Shown here: positions 1 through 8,290 of the stretch, piece by piece | How the letters are laid out: each line of letters starts with the position of its first letter | Numbering within the stretch: position 1 is the stretch's first letter | From: Calditrichaceae bacterium | GTDB taxonomy: Bacteria > Calditrichota > Calditrichia > Calditrichales > Calditrichaceae | Reading direction: 5' to 3' | DNA: 64,000 bases | NCBI GenBank assembly: GCA_024762535.1 | Contig: JANTHG010000001.1 | Location: forward strand, 211 to 64,210 | Notes under the pieces: generated by a model | What the model was told of the DNA's origin: nothing | The model's database searches: none | The model's input: only the letters and a program-made list of their open reading frames with translations | Position numbers and translations under genes: made by a program

Positions 1-236
1 CGGCCTGTTTAAGCGATACAGCAGCAACGGAAGGCATTGCCCTGGCGGAAAAATTGTGTAAACAGAATAACCGGCAAAGAATTATTTTTGTCAGCCGCAG
101 CGCCCTGCCCAAAGTAGAAGTAAATTTACCGTCATACTCATTTATTAAAAAACCCTTTTTAATCAGCACCCTGCGAAACCATATCGAGCATATTTTCGGA
201 GCTGGCCCCGAAAAGCAAGCTAATATATCCGCGTGA
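1..236 (+). CDS. C-terminal part of a response-regulator receiver-domain protein (5' end outside window)
   Basis: Frame 3 is open from the window edge to TGA at 234-236. The tail ...TEGIALAEKLCKQNNRQRIIFVSRSA...YSFIKKPFLISTLRNHI shows the receiver beta4/beta5 pattern (IIFVS, KKPF). Confidence 0.5.
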   Translation, partial: ACLSDTAATEGIALAEKLCKQNNRQRIIFVSRSALPKVEVNLPSYSFIKKPFLISTLRNHIEHIFGAGPEKQANISA

Positions 237-311
237 CTCAGGATTCTTGTATTTTATCCGAATATACCCCATATTAACATCAATTTGTTTTTTAGAATAA
301 CGAGGTGAATC

Positions 312-623
312 ATGAAAGTACTTGTTCTCAGTCTGTTGTTGTTTGTTGCTATCAGCTGTGTCTCCACCCGCGGGCAGGAAAGCGAACCGGAGCCGCTTGT
401 GGATGTGCAGGTGCAGCAATGGATGAAAACCCACAATGCCAAAAGTGCGGAAAAATTACCGGTGCTCGTTAAAACAGATCGGGCTGTAAGTGAATATCCC
501 TTTTTAAAACTGGTAAAAAACAATTTTTACGGAGGGCATGCCACCTATTCCGACCTTAAAAAGATGATGCAGGACAAACATGTTTTACGGATTTATACCG
601 GTCGTAAAAAACTTCATAAATAA
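312..623 (+). CDS. small secreted lipoprotein resembling a subtilase I9-type propeptide
   Basis: 103-aa ORF with a signal peptide and lipobox-like LLFVAISC. The C-terminal half aligns by eye with the prodomain of the downstream S8 protease (LPVLVKTD vs LHLLVEGD; VLRIYTGRKKLH vs LKRIVQKPKAKLH). Confidence 0.6.
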   Translation: MKVLVLSLLLFVAISCVSTRGQESEPEPLVDVQVQQWMKTHNAKSAEKLPVLVKTDRAVSEYPFLKLVKNNFYGGHATYSDLKKMMQDKHVLRIYTGRKKLHK

Positions 624-633
624 GGAATTTACT

Positions 634-2748
634 ATGCGTTTATTTGTATTGATTATCTTATTTGCCGCCTTATTACAGGCGCAATTTGCAGACCCGTATC
701 TGCAAAAAGAAATCGCCAAATCTCAATTGCAAAAAGGCAGCTCAACCCTGCACCTGCTGGTTGAGGGCGACGCTTCTTTTTTGACTGCTTTGGATCAAAG
801 TGATTTTTCTGTTCAGACCCGCACCGCACACACCGCTACGGTTCTGGTACCGGCTAACCGGTTGCAGGAATTGCTGAATATGAACGGTTTGAAACGTATC
901 GTACAAAAGCCCAAAGCAAAATTACACAATTCCCGGGCCGTTCTTTATCAAAATGTGGATGCCGCTTACGCCAAAGGATACACCGGTTCGGACGTGATTG
1001 TTGGCGTTGTGGATACTGGCATCGATTTTTACAACCCCATGTTTTTAAAAGCTGACGGAACCACGCGTATTCTCTCCATTTGGGACCAAACCATCACCGG
1101 AACCAAACCTTCCGGCTATGATTATGGGGCGGAATATACAGAAGCGCAGATCAATCAGGATTTGGCTTCCGGTACACCTTATTCCATTGTGAAACAAAAA
1201 GATACCGAAGGACACGGTACGCATGTGGCCGGTTCTGCTGCAGGACGGCACTTAACAACTTCGCCGGCAGACACGCTGCACGGCGGATCCATGAATTCCA
1301 ATCTGATCATTGTGAAAACATCCCTCAGCACCTCCGATATTATCGATGGCGTCAGCTATATTTTCAATAAAGCAAACGCTCTCGGGAAACCCTGTGTTGT
1401 AAATTTAAGCGTGGGAAGCCAGTATGGCCCGCATGACGGTACAGACCCCGATGTGCAGTCTATGGATGACTTAACCGGTCCCGGTAAAATCGTGGTGCGT
1501 TCCGCTGGCAATGACGGCGGCTCTGCGGTTCATTATTATGCGGAAAATGTAACATCGTCCATTGCGTTGCAATTCGGCTATGCACAGTATGTTACGCTCT
1601 GGTTAGAAAAAGGCGACGCCATGCAAAGCGCTTCGCTAACCTGGACAGGAGGGTCCATCACCGATGTGCCTAAAAACGGTCACAAAAGCAGTAACGGCAT
1701 CGATGTGTATGTGCAACTGGCAGCCGCTTCCGACAATGGCAAGGAATCGGTAATCATTTTTATGGATAACGACGATCTCAGTTCCACAACCTTTACCCTG
1801 ACACTGAATAACGTTAGCGACGCAAATGGAAACAATAAAATTGCCAGACACGCCTGGAGTGAAAAAGGCACTATGAGTAACCCTTACGGCGCTTTTTCGC
1901 AAGGGAGCTCTTATGGCTCGTCGCATTATCCCTACACGCTGGCAAATGACGCCTGCGGCTCCAAAATCATCGCAGTTGGCGCCTTTAAATCCCGGAAATA
2001 CTGGGACGCCAGCAACGGGAATACCTATGTCTATTCCAATACCGGTGAAGAAGGCGGAATCGGTTCCTTCTCGGCTATTGGCCCTACGGCGAGTGGTGGA
2101 CAAAAACCGGATATCATTGCCGGCGGTACCATTGTACTTTCGGCGCGCAGCACTCAGGCTTCGTACCAGGATGAGTTATTACCGCCTGCGCCCTATACCG
2201 ATCATTTTGCCTATATGCAGGGCACTTCCATGGCTTCTCCGGTAGCGGCCGGCGCCATCGCCCTGCTGCTGGAAAAGCACCCTTCCTGGACGCCCTCCGA
2301 TGTTATGAATTATATAAAAAATAATGCACAGGGAACCAGCCGGCCGGTAGGCACAACGGAGGATCAGGTAAAAGTGAAGGATAATCCCGGTACCTGGGAT
2401 CGTGTTTTTGGCTACGGAGCAATTGATCTGGAACCGGATTTTTCCGGTGTGGGCATCGAAGAGGTAAACGGCTCTTTACCTCAAAAATTCTGTCTGGAAC
2501 AAAACTATCCCAATCCCTTTAACCCTTCTACAGTTATTAGTTATCAGTTGTCAGTTAACAGCAATATTGAATTGACGGTTTATAATACACTGGGCCAAAA
2601 AGTGGCAACGCTGGTTAATCAATGGCAGCAAGCGGGAACCTACTCGGTTAGCTTTGATGCTGCGAACCTTTCCAGCGGGGTTTATTTTTATCGCCTTAAA
2701 ACGTCGGAAGGTTTTGTTGCCGGCAGAAAGATGATTTTGCTGCGTTAA
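634..2748 (+). CDS. S8 family (subtilisin-like) serine protease with T9SS C-terminal sorting domain
   Basis: Catalytic triad motifs are VVDTGID, HGTHVAG and GTSMASP. The signal peptide MRLFVLIILFAALLQAQ starts at ATG 634, so the ORF-track start at 580 overlaps the upstream gene and is unlikely. The C-terminus is [17 protein letters not shown]...GVYFYRL. Confidence 0.9.
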   Translation: MRLFVLIILFAALLQAQFADPYLQKEIAKSQLQKGSSTLHLLVEGDASFLTALDQSDFSVQTRTAHTATVLVPANRLQELLNMNGLKRIVQKPKAKLHNSRAVLYQNVDAAYAKGYTGSDVIVGVVDTGIDFYNPMFLKADGTTRILSIWDQTITGTKPSGYDYGAEYTEAQINQDLASGTPYSIVKQKDTEGHGTHVAGSAAGRHLTTSPADTLHGGSMNSNLIIVKTSLSTSDIIDGVSYIFNKANALGKPCVVNLSVGSQYGPHDGTDPDVQSMDDLTGPGKIVVRSAGNDGGSAVHYYAENVTSSIALQFGYAQYVTLWLEKGDAMQSASLTWTGGSITDVPKNGHKSSNGIDVYVQLAAASDNGKESVIIFMDNDDLSSTTFTLTLNNVSDANGNNKIARHAWSEKGTMSNPYGAFSQGSSYGSSHYPYTLANDACGSKIIAVGAFKSRKYWDASNGNTYVYSNTGEEGGIGSFSAIGPTASGGQKPDIIAGGTIVLSARSTQASYQDELLPPAPYTDHFAYMQGTSMASPVAAGAIALLLEKHPSWTPSDVMNYIKNNAQGTSRPVGTTEDQVKVKDNPGTWDRVFGYGAIDLEPDFSGVGIEEVNGSLPQKFCLEQNYPNPFNPSTVISYQLSVNSNIELTVYNTLGQKVATLVNQWQQAGTYSVSFDAANLSSGVYFYRLKTSEGFVAGRKMILLR

Positions 2749-2756
2749 AAGGGTTT

Positions 2757-5700
2757 TTAAAAAAACGCACGGATTTCCGCCTGCCCGGAATGGATGACAC
2801 GCTTGAATCCGGCTTCATCCCGTCCATTGTAAAACAGGCTGAATACCACGTTTTTCGCTAAGGTATATTCTAAGCGCGCCTGCCAGTTTTGTGAAAGGCC
2901 TTCCTTTTTGCCCCGCGCCATTTCGTAAGGTACGGTGCGGCTATCCGGATTGCTCGTTGGGCTAACCGTTTGAAACTGGTATTGAGCGGTAACCCGTCCG
3001 CTTGCCGGCAAGGCGTAGCTTAGCCGGGTTTTAATGAGAGCGTACCACAGCTTTATGCGATAGGTAAGGGAACGGTTTTCTTCTTTTCCGTATTCGCTTT
3101 CCAGACCCAGTTCCCACTGCTTAAACGGACGGTACGATACATTTTGATCGGCATACCAACCGGCAATATCCCGATTGCGCTGGGGATTGGCTGCACTTTG
3201 GCGTAAAACTGTTTTTAAGCGAAATTCCGTTTGCCCTTTAATCCGGCCGCCCATCCGCCAATTGGCCCGCAGGCCGCTTTCTTCGCTGCGTCCGTCTTCG
3301 TTTTCTCCGGAACTCACAAACTGATTACTGCGGTTCTTGCGGAACCGATAACGCAGTCGGAACGAAAGCGCCCGGTTCCTGCGCATTATATACCAGTCCT
3401 GATTAAACTGCGTAACGCCGCGTACCGTGTAATCGCTTTGAAAATGAGAGAGATCCAGCAGGTACACAGACCAGATATCCGGATCTTTGCTTTCTTCTTC
3501 TACCCTAAAATAGGTTTCGGAACTCAGTTGACGCATCCAACCGGACCACCAACCTGTGGGCTTCCGCCAATAGCGCGCCGGGTCTAATTTCAAACGCAAG
3601 GCCGACTGAACAGTAGTTACCGGTTCATATTTTCCCGAAGGCAGTACAAACAGCATAAAGCGTCCGTCCGGGTCCGGCACGTACTCCTGCAAATCTTCAT
3701 CAAAGCGCAAATTCCCCCGTCCCTGTCCCACTTCGAGATATACTTTTTCTTTTAATGCGGCCTGTTCCGATGAAATCCGGTATTGCAGAGAAAGATTGAC
3801 TGCTTTTTTCCAGGCAGCATGCGCAACATTCAGTTCCGCCAAATCTGTACTGCGGTCGCGCCATACCGTATCCTGAACCGTAGGATCCGTATACTGCAGC
3901 TTTAGTGTATCCTGAGCCACATTTTCAAAGGCAGCCGTAAAATCTTTATTTCGATGCACCAATTGAACATTGGCCGCCGTACCGGTTACACCAAGCAATT
4001 TAAGAGATACCTTATGCGTACCTGTAATCGCCTGGGGAATCAGCTTGTTGCGTTGTTTATAATCATACACGGCGTCTTCGCGATGCTTCCATTCATAAAA
4101 GCCTTCGGCGTATTTCCACTGATACAGATTTAAACGCGCGCCGAAATCGGTAAACGCAAATCCGCTTACCGTACCATTTGCACGGTTGGCGCGGTTTTCT
4201 GACCTAAACGTTAATTGGGGATCCAGCTTCCAAAAGCGGTACCCGGCTTTAGCATTAAACCGTTTCCAAACATTGTTGCTGTTCAGGTCGTTTCGTTCAC
4301 TGTTTATTTCTTCGTATCCGGCGCTTAGGGTGCGTTCCGTATTGCCCAGAGCCGCCTGTACGGCAAAGCGGTTCGAGGCAAACACAGCTCGGTCCAGGCG
4401 TCCGGCATTTGCGGAAATCTGCATCTGTTTGAAAGGAAGATAGGTTAGATTGGCCTGGTAACTTTGTTCGCCGTTTCCGGCTGCATCTGTAACGTTTGTA
4501 TTCCAGTAACGCTGGAAATCCGGCTGCTGATAGCGATCCAGCGCTTTAAAATCGCTTTCCACATAGCGGGCATTGGCATTCATACTTACCCGGCCCAAAT
4601 TCCATGATCCCCATTTAAGCGCTATTTGATCCGCATGTGCTTTTGCCTGCACCGCGCTCCCCTGATTGTCTCCATCGTCCCGCGCGGACAAGGTGTTCTT
4701 ATCGAGGCGTGATAACGCATATTCCACATCCAAACCGCTGTGTACACCGGCTTTCCATTGCAACTGAAGGTTGGCCTGATCCTGGCGGGAAGGTAAGGGA
4801 ATTAAGCGAATGGGCAGGTAGCGCCCCTGCTCTGGCCCGACCCAGCGGTACACACCCAGCCGATCGCGATTATAGGAACCATGGCCGGCGCCCACATCGG
4901 AGAAGACGACCGAGTAATTACCGTTTCCGCTTCCCACATATTTAAAATAGGGTGTGGCAGCGTTTTGCCAAAGGGTATCGCGTTGTATGTAATTTCCGCT
5001 GAAATCTTCTTTTAGGGTTTCACCGGGCAAAAAGGCATCAAGCGGATCATCACCTGCTGATTTCAGAATATTTCGTTCTTCGCTATTGAGGGATTGTGCG
5101 CCGTACAATGTTTGAGCGGGATCGTCTGCTTCGCGGTACACCTTCATACGTAATTTGATTCCCGCTGCTTTCCAGCGCCCGGTGGCTGTGCCGCTGTACA
5201 CATTGCGATTGTAGTTCTGGGTCACCGGGAAATATTCAAAATCCACCTCAATGCGCGAAGAACTGGTGATCAGCCGGCGCGCTGTAAAACGGATTTCACC
5301 GTTTCCGTATTCGATGGTGTAATCATTGCTCTTGCCGCGGGTCATTTTCTGCCCGTCAATCCAAACCTTTTCCGTTCCGGCCAGCACTACAATATTTCGT
5401 TCGCCGTTTTTACCGGTTAAACGGTACGGCCCCTGATTGCCTTCCTGCCCAAGAAAACTGAGATGATTAAAAAAACCGCGTGTGGTGGCCACGGTCGCGG
5501 AAATTTGCTGTTTGCCATATCTGCCCTGCAGAGTAATACCCTGTAATTTGCGGGTCAGCCGGCTAAATTCCGAGTTTTTATATTCCAGATTAAAATCGCC
5601 CACCGTGCCCTGCACATAGGGACTTTTAAATTTCACAAACACTTTGTCCACTTCATTTAAGGTTTGCGTGTTGCCTTCGGGCTGAATGGGAGTGGCTTCG

Positions 5701-6260
5701 TCCGTTAGTGCGGCAACCACTTCCACATTGTCGGTCAGTTTACCGGAAAGTTCCACATTCAATCCGGAGTTCAAAGAAAAATCACGATTGGTTCCCACCT
5801 GCACGCCGCGCATGATGCTGCCGCTGGTTTGCAATCCCGAACCGATATTCTCAAAAGGATTGACAAAATGAATGGCCCGGAAACGGGGGGCCCCGGAAGA
5901 ATCTGAGGTAACGCTGTCTGAAAGTGTATTTTTCGAAAATAAGGTGTAGCGCTGTTTAAAATTAAAGGGTAAGCGGCGGTAGCGAATACGCAGGGTGTCG
6001 TGGGGTTGCAGGGCAAAAAAGAAAATAGTGCGCTCGCCTTTCCAGCGAAAGTCCACTTCTTCTGCAAGTTGGTGCTTATTTCTGAATATTTGCAGGGTCT
6101 GTTTTTGCGGCAAATGGCGGGCCGGTACCTTGTACACGTAGGATGCCGAGGGCACGACAATTAGAGTATCCACCTGCCAACGGTACGGCAGATGCAGGGT
6201 TTGCGCTTGCAGGCAAAAGGATATTAATACCAGGGGAATAATGAGATAGGATTTTTTCAT
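2757..6260 (-). CDS. very large outer-membrane beta-barrel protein, uncharacterised
   Basis: 1167 aa with signal peptide MKKSYLIIPLVLISFCLQAQ. It is rich in alternating aromatic/polar strands (Y/W/R/N/G) and ends with the aromatic C-terminus ...AEIRAFF typical of OMPs. It lies 18 nt downstream of the NHL gene on the same strand. Confidence 0.7.
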   Translation of the reverse strand: MKKSYLIIPLVLISFCLQAQTLHLPYRWQVDTLIVVPSASYVYKVPARHLPQKQTLQIFRNKHQLAEEVDFRWKGERTIFFFALQPHDTLRIRYRRLPFNFKQRYTLFSKNTLSDSVTSDSSGAPRFRAIHFVNPFENIGSGLQTSGSIMRGVQVGTNRDFSLNSGLNVELSGKLTDNVEVVAALTDEATPIQPEGNTQTLNEVDKVFVKFKSPYVQGTVGDFNLEYKNSEFSRLTRKLQGITLQGRYGKQQISATVATTRGFFNHLSFLGQEGNQGPYRLTGKNGERNIVVLAGTEKVWIDGQKMTRGKSNDYTIEYGNGEIRFTARRLITSSSRIEVDFEYFPVTQNYNRNVYSGTATGRWKAAGIKLRMKVYREADDPAQTLYGAQSLNSEERNILKSAGDDPLDAFLPGETLKEDFSGNYIQRDTLWQNAATPYFKYVGSGNGNYSVVFSDVGAGHGSYNRDRLGVYRWVGPEQGRYLPIRLIPLPSRQDQANLQLQWKAGVHSGLDVEYALSRLDKNTLSARDDGDNQGSAVQAKAHADQIALKWGSWNLGRVSMNANARYVESDFKALDRYQQPDFQRYWNTNVTDAAGNGEQSYQANLTYLPFKQMQISANAGRLDRAVFASNRFAVQAALGNTERTLSAGYEEINSERNDLNSNNVWKRFNAKAGYRFWKLDPQLTFRSENRANRANGTVSGFAFTDFGARLNLYQWKYAEGFYEWKHREDAVYDYKQRNKLIPQAITGTHKVSLKLLGVTGTAANVQLVHRNKDFTAAFENVAQDTLKLQYTDPTVQDTVWRDRSTDLAELNVAHAAWKKAVNLSLQYRISSEQAALKEKVYLEVGQGRGNLRFDEDLQEYVPDPDGRFMLFVLPSGKYEPVTTVQSALRLKLDPARYWRKPTGWWSGWMRQLSSETYFRVEEESKDPDIWSVYLLDLSHFQSDYTVRGVTQFNQDWYIMRRNRALSFRLRYRFRKNRSNQFVSSGENEDGRSEESGLRANWRMGGRIKGQTEFRLKTVLRQSAANPQRNRDIAGWYADQNVSYRPFKQWELGLESEYGKEENRSLTYRIKLWYALIKTRLSYALPASGRVTAQYQFQTVSPTSNPDSRTVPYEMARGKKEGLSQNWQARLEYTLAKNVVFSLFYNGRDEAGFKRVIHSGQAEIRAFF

Positions 6261-6278
6261 AGATCGGTTTCAGACCGT

Positions 6279-7148
6279 TTAGTGAAAACGACCGATAAGT
6301 AATTCATTTCCGTCCAACAAGAACATCATATTGCCGGAATCGTCTTTGAGCATAGCCACATCCTGCAGATGGTTCGGACTACGGGTTGTTTTAAGCGTGA
6401 CCGTTTTTATTTGGCTAAGCCCGGGATCCACCATAAACAGAATGCCCGCTTCCGAATCGGTAATCCATATTTTCCCTTCTTCGCTTACCGCCAGACCTGA
6501 TGGCCGCTTCATGCGCGGATCGTGCAAAGCCTTAATAAAATTTCCAAAAAAGTCATAAACAAAAAGAGCTTTGGCATCGGCATCGGTTACCATAAGCAGA
6601 CCACGTGGCGCAATATCCAACTGAACGGGATTTTGCAGTTCTCCAGCTCCGGAAATATAGGTACCAAAACTGCGTTCCGGCTGGCCCAGACGATTTATTT
6701 TTACGATTTTATTTTCACCGTGATCCAGAATAAACAAATCGTTGTTAGAAGAGACGGCACAACTGGCTACTTCCGCAAACTGAATATCATCATCACCCGT
6801 TTCATCCGTGGATAACGAGGAAATATAATTCATCTGCCGGTCAAAGCGCTGAACACGGCGGTTGTTGTAATCCGCCACATAAATATTGATGAGCGAACCG
6901 CACCAGATGTCCGCCGGCGCGTCAAACTGATCCTGCTCAAAGCCGAATCCGCCAATGGTTCGCAAGATACGTCCTCTGGAATTTAAAATGACAATGCGAT
7001 TGTTGCCTGTATCCGCTACATACACACGGCCATCGGCCGAAACAGCCACGGCCTTGGGATTGTTAAAGTCTGCTACCCGGCTTTGTTCCGTAAAGGTCTG
7101 TGCGTAAAGCAGTGCGCTAAAAATTAAAAGGATGAAATATTTTTTCAT
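6279..7148 (-). CDS. NHL-repeat (six-bladed beta-propeller) secreted protein
   Basis: Signal peptide MKKYFILLIFSALLYAQ. The motifs recur as P.GVAV..DG.IYVADTGNNRI / DHGENKIVKI / VTDADAKALFVYD. Confidence 0.8.
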   Translation of the reverse strand: MKKYFILLIFSALLYAQTFTEQSRVADFNNPKAVAVSADGRVYVADTGNNRIVILNSRGRILRTIGGFGFEQDQFDAPADIWCGSLINIYVADYNNRRVQRFDRQMNYISSLSTDETGDDDIQFAEVASCAVSSNNDLFILDHGENKIVKINRLGQPERSFGTYISGAGELQNPVQLDIAPRGLLMVTDADAKALFVYDFFGNFIKALHDPRMKRPSGLAVSEEGKIWITDSEAGILFMVDPGLSQIKTVTLKTTRSPNHLQDVAMLKDDSGNMMFLLDGNELLIGRFH

Positions 7149-7206
7149 ATCACCAATGTAACGGAAATGCTATTTTATTTCAAGGAAGAAAAACACGGAC
7201 AGGAGA

Positions 7207-7410
7207 TTGGTTGTTGGGTTATTAAGTTATTGAGTTATTAGGTTATTGGGTTGTTGGGGTGGCAAGTTGCGTACGTCATTGCGAATCTCGCATAAACTGG
7301 ATGAAGCAATCCCCAATGGTTCGCTACGTCATTGCGAGAGCCGCAGGAGTGAAGCAATCCTAAAGGGGAGCGCCACGTCGTTCGCTTGCGCTCGCTTCTC
7401 GCGATGACGG
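7207..7410. repeat. composite intergenic repeat cluster, copy A
   Basis: Tandem 8-9-nt TTATTGRG units span 7207-7260. Two CGTCATTGCGA-N-GAAGCAATCC units lie at 7274-7312 and 7327-7360. AGGGGAGCGCCACGTCG lies at 7364-7380, and the inverted partner CTCGCGATGACG at 7398-7409. The same modules recur near 32.6 kb and, inverted, near 48.4 kb. Confidence 0.65.
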
Positions 7411-7441
7411 TAATACGGGAAAAAAGGGAAAGAAAAAAGGC

Positions 7442-7468
7442 AAAAAAAATCCCGCCATAAGGCGGGAT
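7442..7468 (-). terminator. rho-independent terminator after rpmA
   Basis: Hairpin ATCCCGCC-ATAA-GGCGGGAT (7449-7468). The A-run at 7442-7449 on the plus strand is a U-run on the minus strand. The element lies 12 nt past the rpmA stop. Confidence 0.8.
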
Positions 7469-7479
7469 TTTAAAATGTA

Positions 7480-7743
7480 TTAATTAACGGATTCAGGATA
7501 CACGCTCACTTTTTTGCGGTCGCGATCTTTTCGTTCAAATTTTACATACCCGTCAATTTTGGAGAACAATGTGTCGTCCCCACCAATCCCAACATTGTTG
7601 CCGGGATGGATTTTGGTTCCGCGTTGACGCATGATGATAGAACCTGCAGTTACAAATTCGCCACCAAACGCTTTCACTCCCAGACGTTTGGAATGGCTTT
7701 CGCGTCCGTTTCTGGAACTACCAACACCTTTCTTATGTGCCAT
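7480..7743 (-). CDS. rpmA: 50S ribosomal protein L27
   Basis: [24 protein letters not shown]... is the canonical L27 N-terminus. Its ATG directly abuts the rplU stop. Confidence 0.95.
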   Translation of the reverse strand: MAHKKGVGSSRNGRESHSKRLGVKAFGGEFVTAGSIIMRQRGTKIHPGNNVGIGGDDTLFSKIDGYVKFERKDRDRKKVSVYPESVN

Positions 7744-8217
7744 CTATGCCTCCTTCCCTTCGTCTTTCGGATCGGCCTTTTTGGGGGCTGCTTTAGGTTT
7801 TGCGGTTTTGGCTGCTGCTTTTTTCGGAGCTGCTTTTTTAGCTTCCGGAGCTACATCCGTTTTTTCGGCTTTCGGTTTGGCCGCTGCTTTTTTCGCCGGT
7901 TTAACAACCGCGATATCATCAATTTTAATCAATGAAAAGCCCTGACGGTGCCCATTCTTTTTCTGGTACCCTTTGCGGCGTTTTTTCTTGAACACAATAA
8001 CTTTTTTATCACGACCGTGTTCAACAACCGTGGCGCTGACTTTCATATTTTTAACCAGCGGTTGGCCGATTTGTGTTTTACCGTTGTCATCGGTGTAAAT
8101 CAAAACATGATCAAACTCTACTTTGCTGCCGCTTTCGGCCTGCAAAGAGGGAACTTTCAGGTTTTTATCTTTTTCAACCCGGAATTGTTTTCCGGCAATT
8201 TCTACGATTGCGTACAT
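7744..8217 (-). CDS. rplU: 50S ribosomal protein L21 with Lys/Ala/Pro-rich C-terminal tail
   Basis: [17 protein letters not shown]... is the L21 core of about 105 aa. It is followed by [14 protein letters not shown]...[15 protein letters not shown]. Confidence 0.95.
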   Translation of the reverse strand: MYAIVEIAGKQFRVEKDKNLKVPSLQAESGSKVEFDHVLIYTDDNGKTQIGQPLVKNMKVSATVVEHGRDKKVIVFKKKRRKGYQKKNGHRQGFSLIKIDDIAVVKPAKKAAAKPKAEKTDVAPEAKKAAPKKAAAKTAKPKAAPKKADPKDEGKEA

Positions 8218-8260
8218 CTATTTTATCTCCCAAAAATCTTTATTTTCAAAAAGAGCGTTT

Positions 8261-8289
8261 AATATAACCCTATCCACACAAATTGTCAA
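8261..8289 (-). promoter_or_regulatory. candidate sigma-70-type promoter for rplU-rpmA
   Basis: The minus strand reads TTGACA-17 nt-TATATT (plus-strand tgtcaa 8284-8289, aatata 8261-8266). It lies about 45 nt upstream of the rplU ATG and immediately after the rng stop. Confidence 0.45.
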
Positions 8290-8290
8290 G

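Noticed and set aside
580-633. Longer N-terminal extensions offered by the ORF track here and at 13158, 21432, 25575, 35789, 36558, 54813 and 57034
   Set aside because: In each case an internal ATG or GTG gives a canonical protein N-terminus or signal peptide and often a Shine-Dalgarno-like purine run. The upstream extension overlaps a neighbouring gene or adds non-conserved Cys/Phe-rich sequence.
7207-7260. Possible CRISPR-like or minisatellite array
   Set aside because: The units are only 8-9 nt, are directly abutting without spacers, and are degenerate. No cas genes are present. I treat it as one module of the dispersed intergenic repeat.
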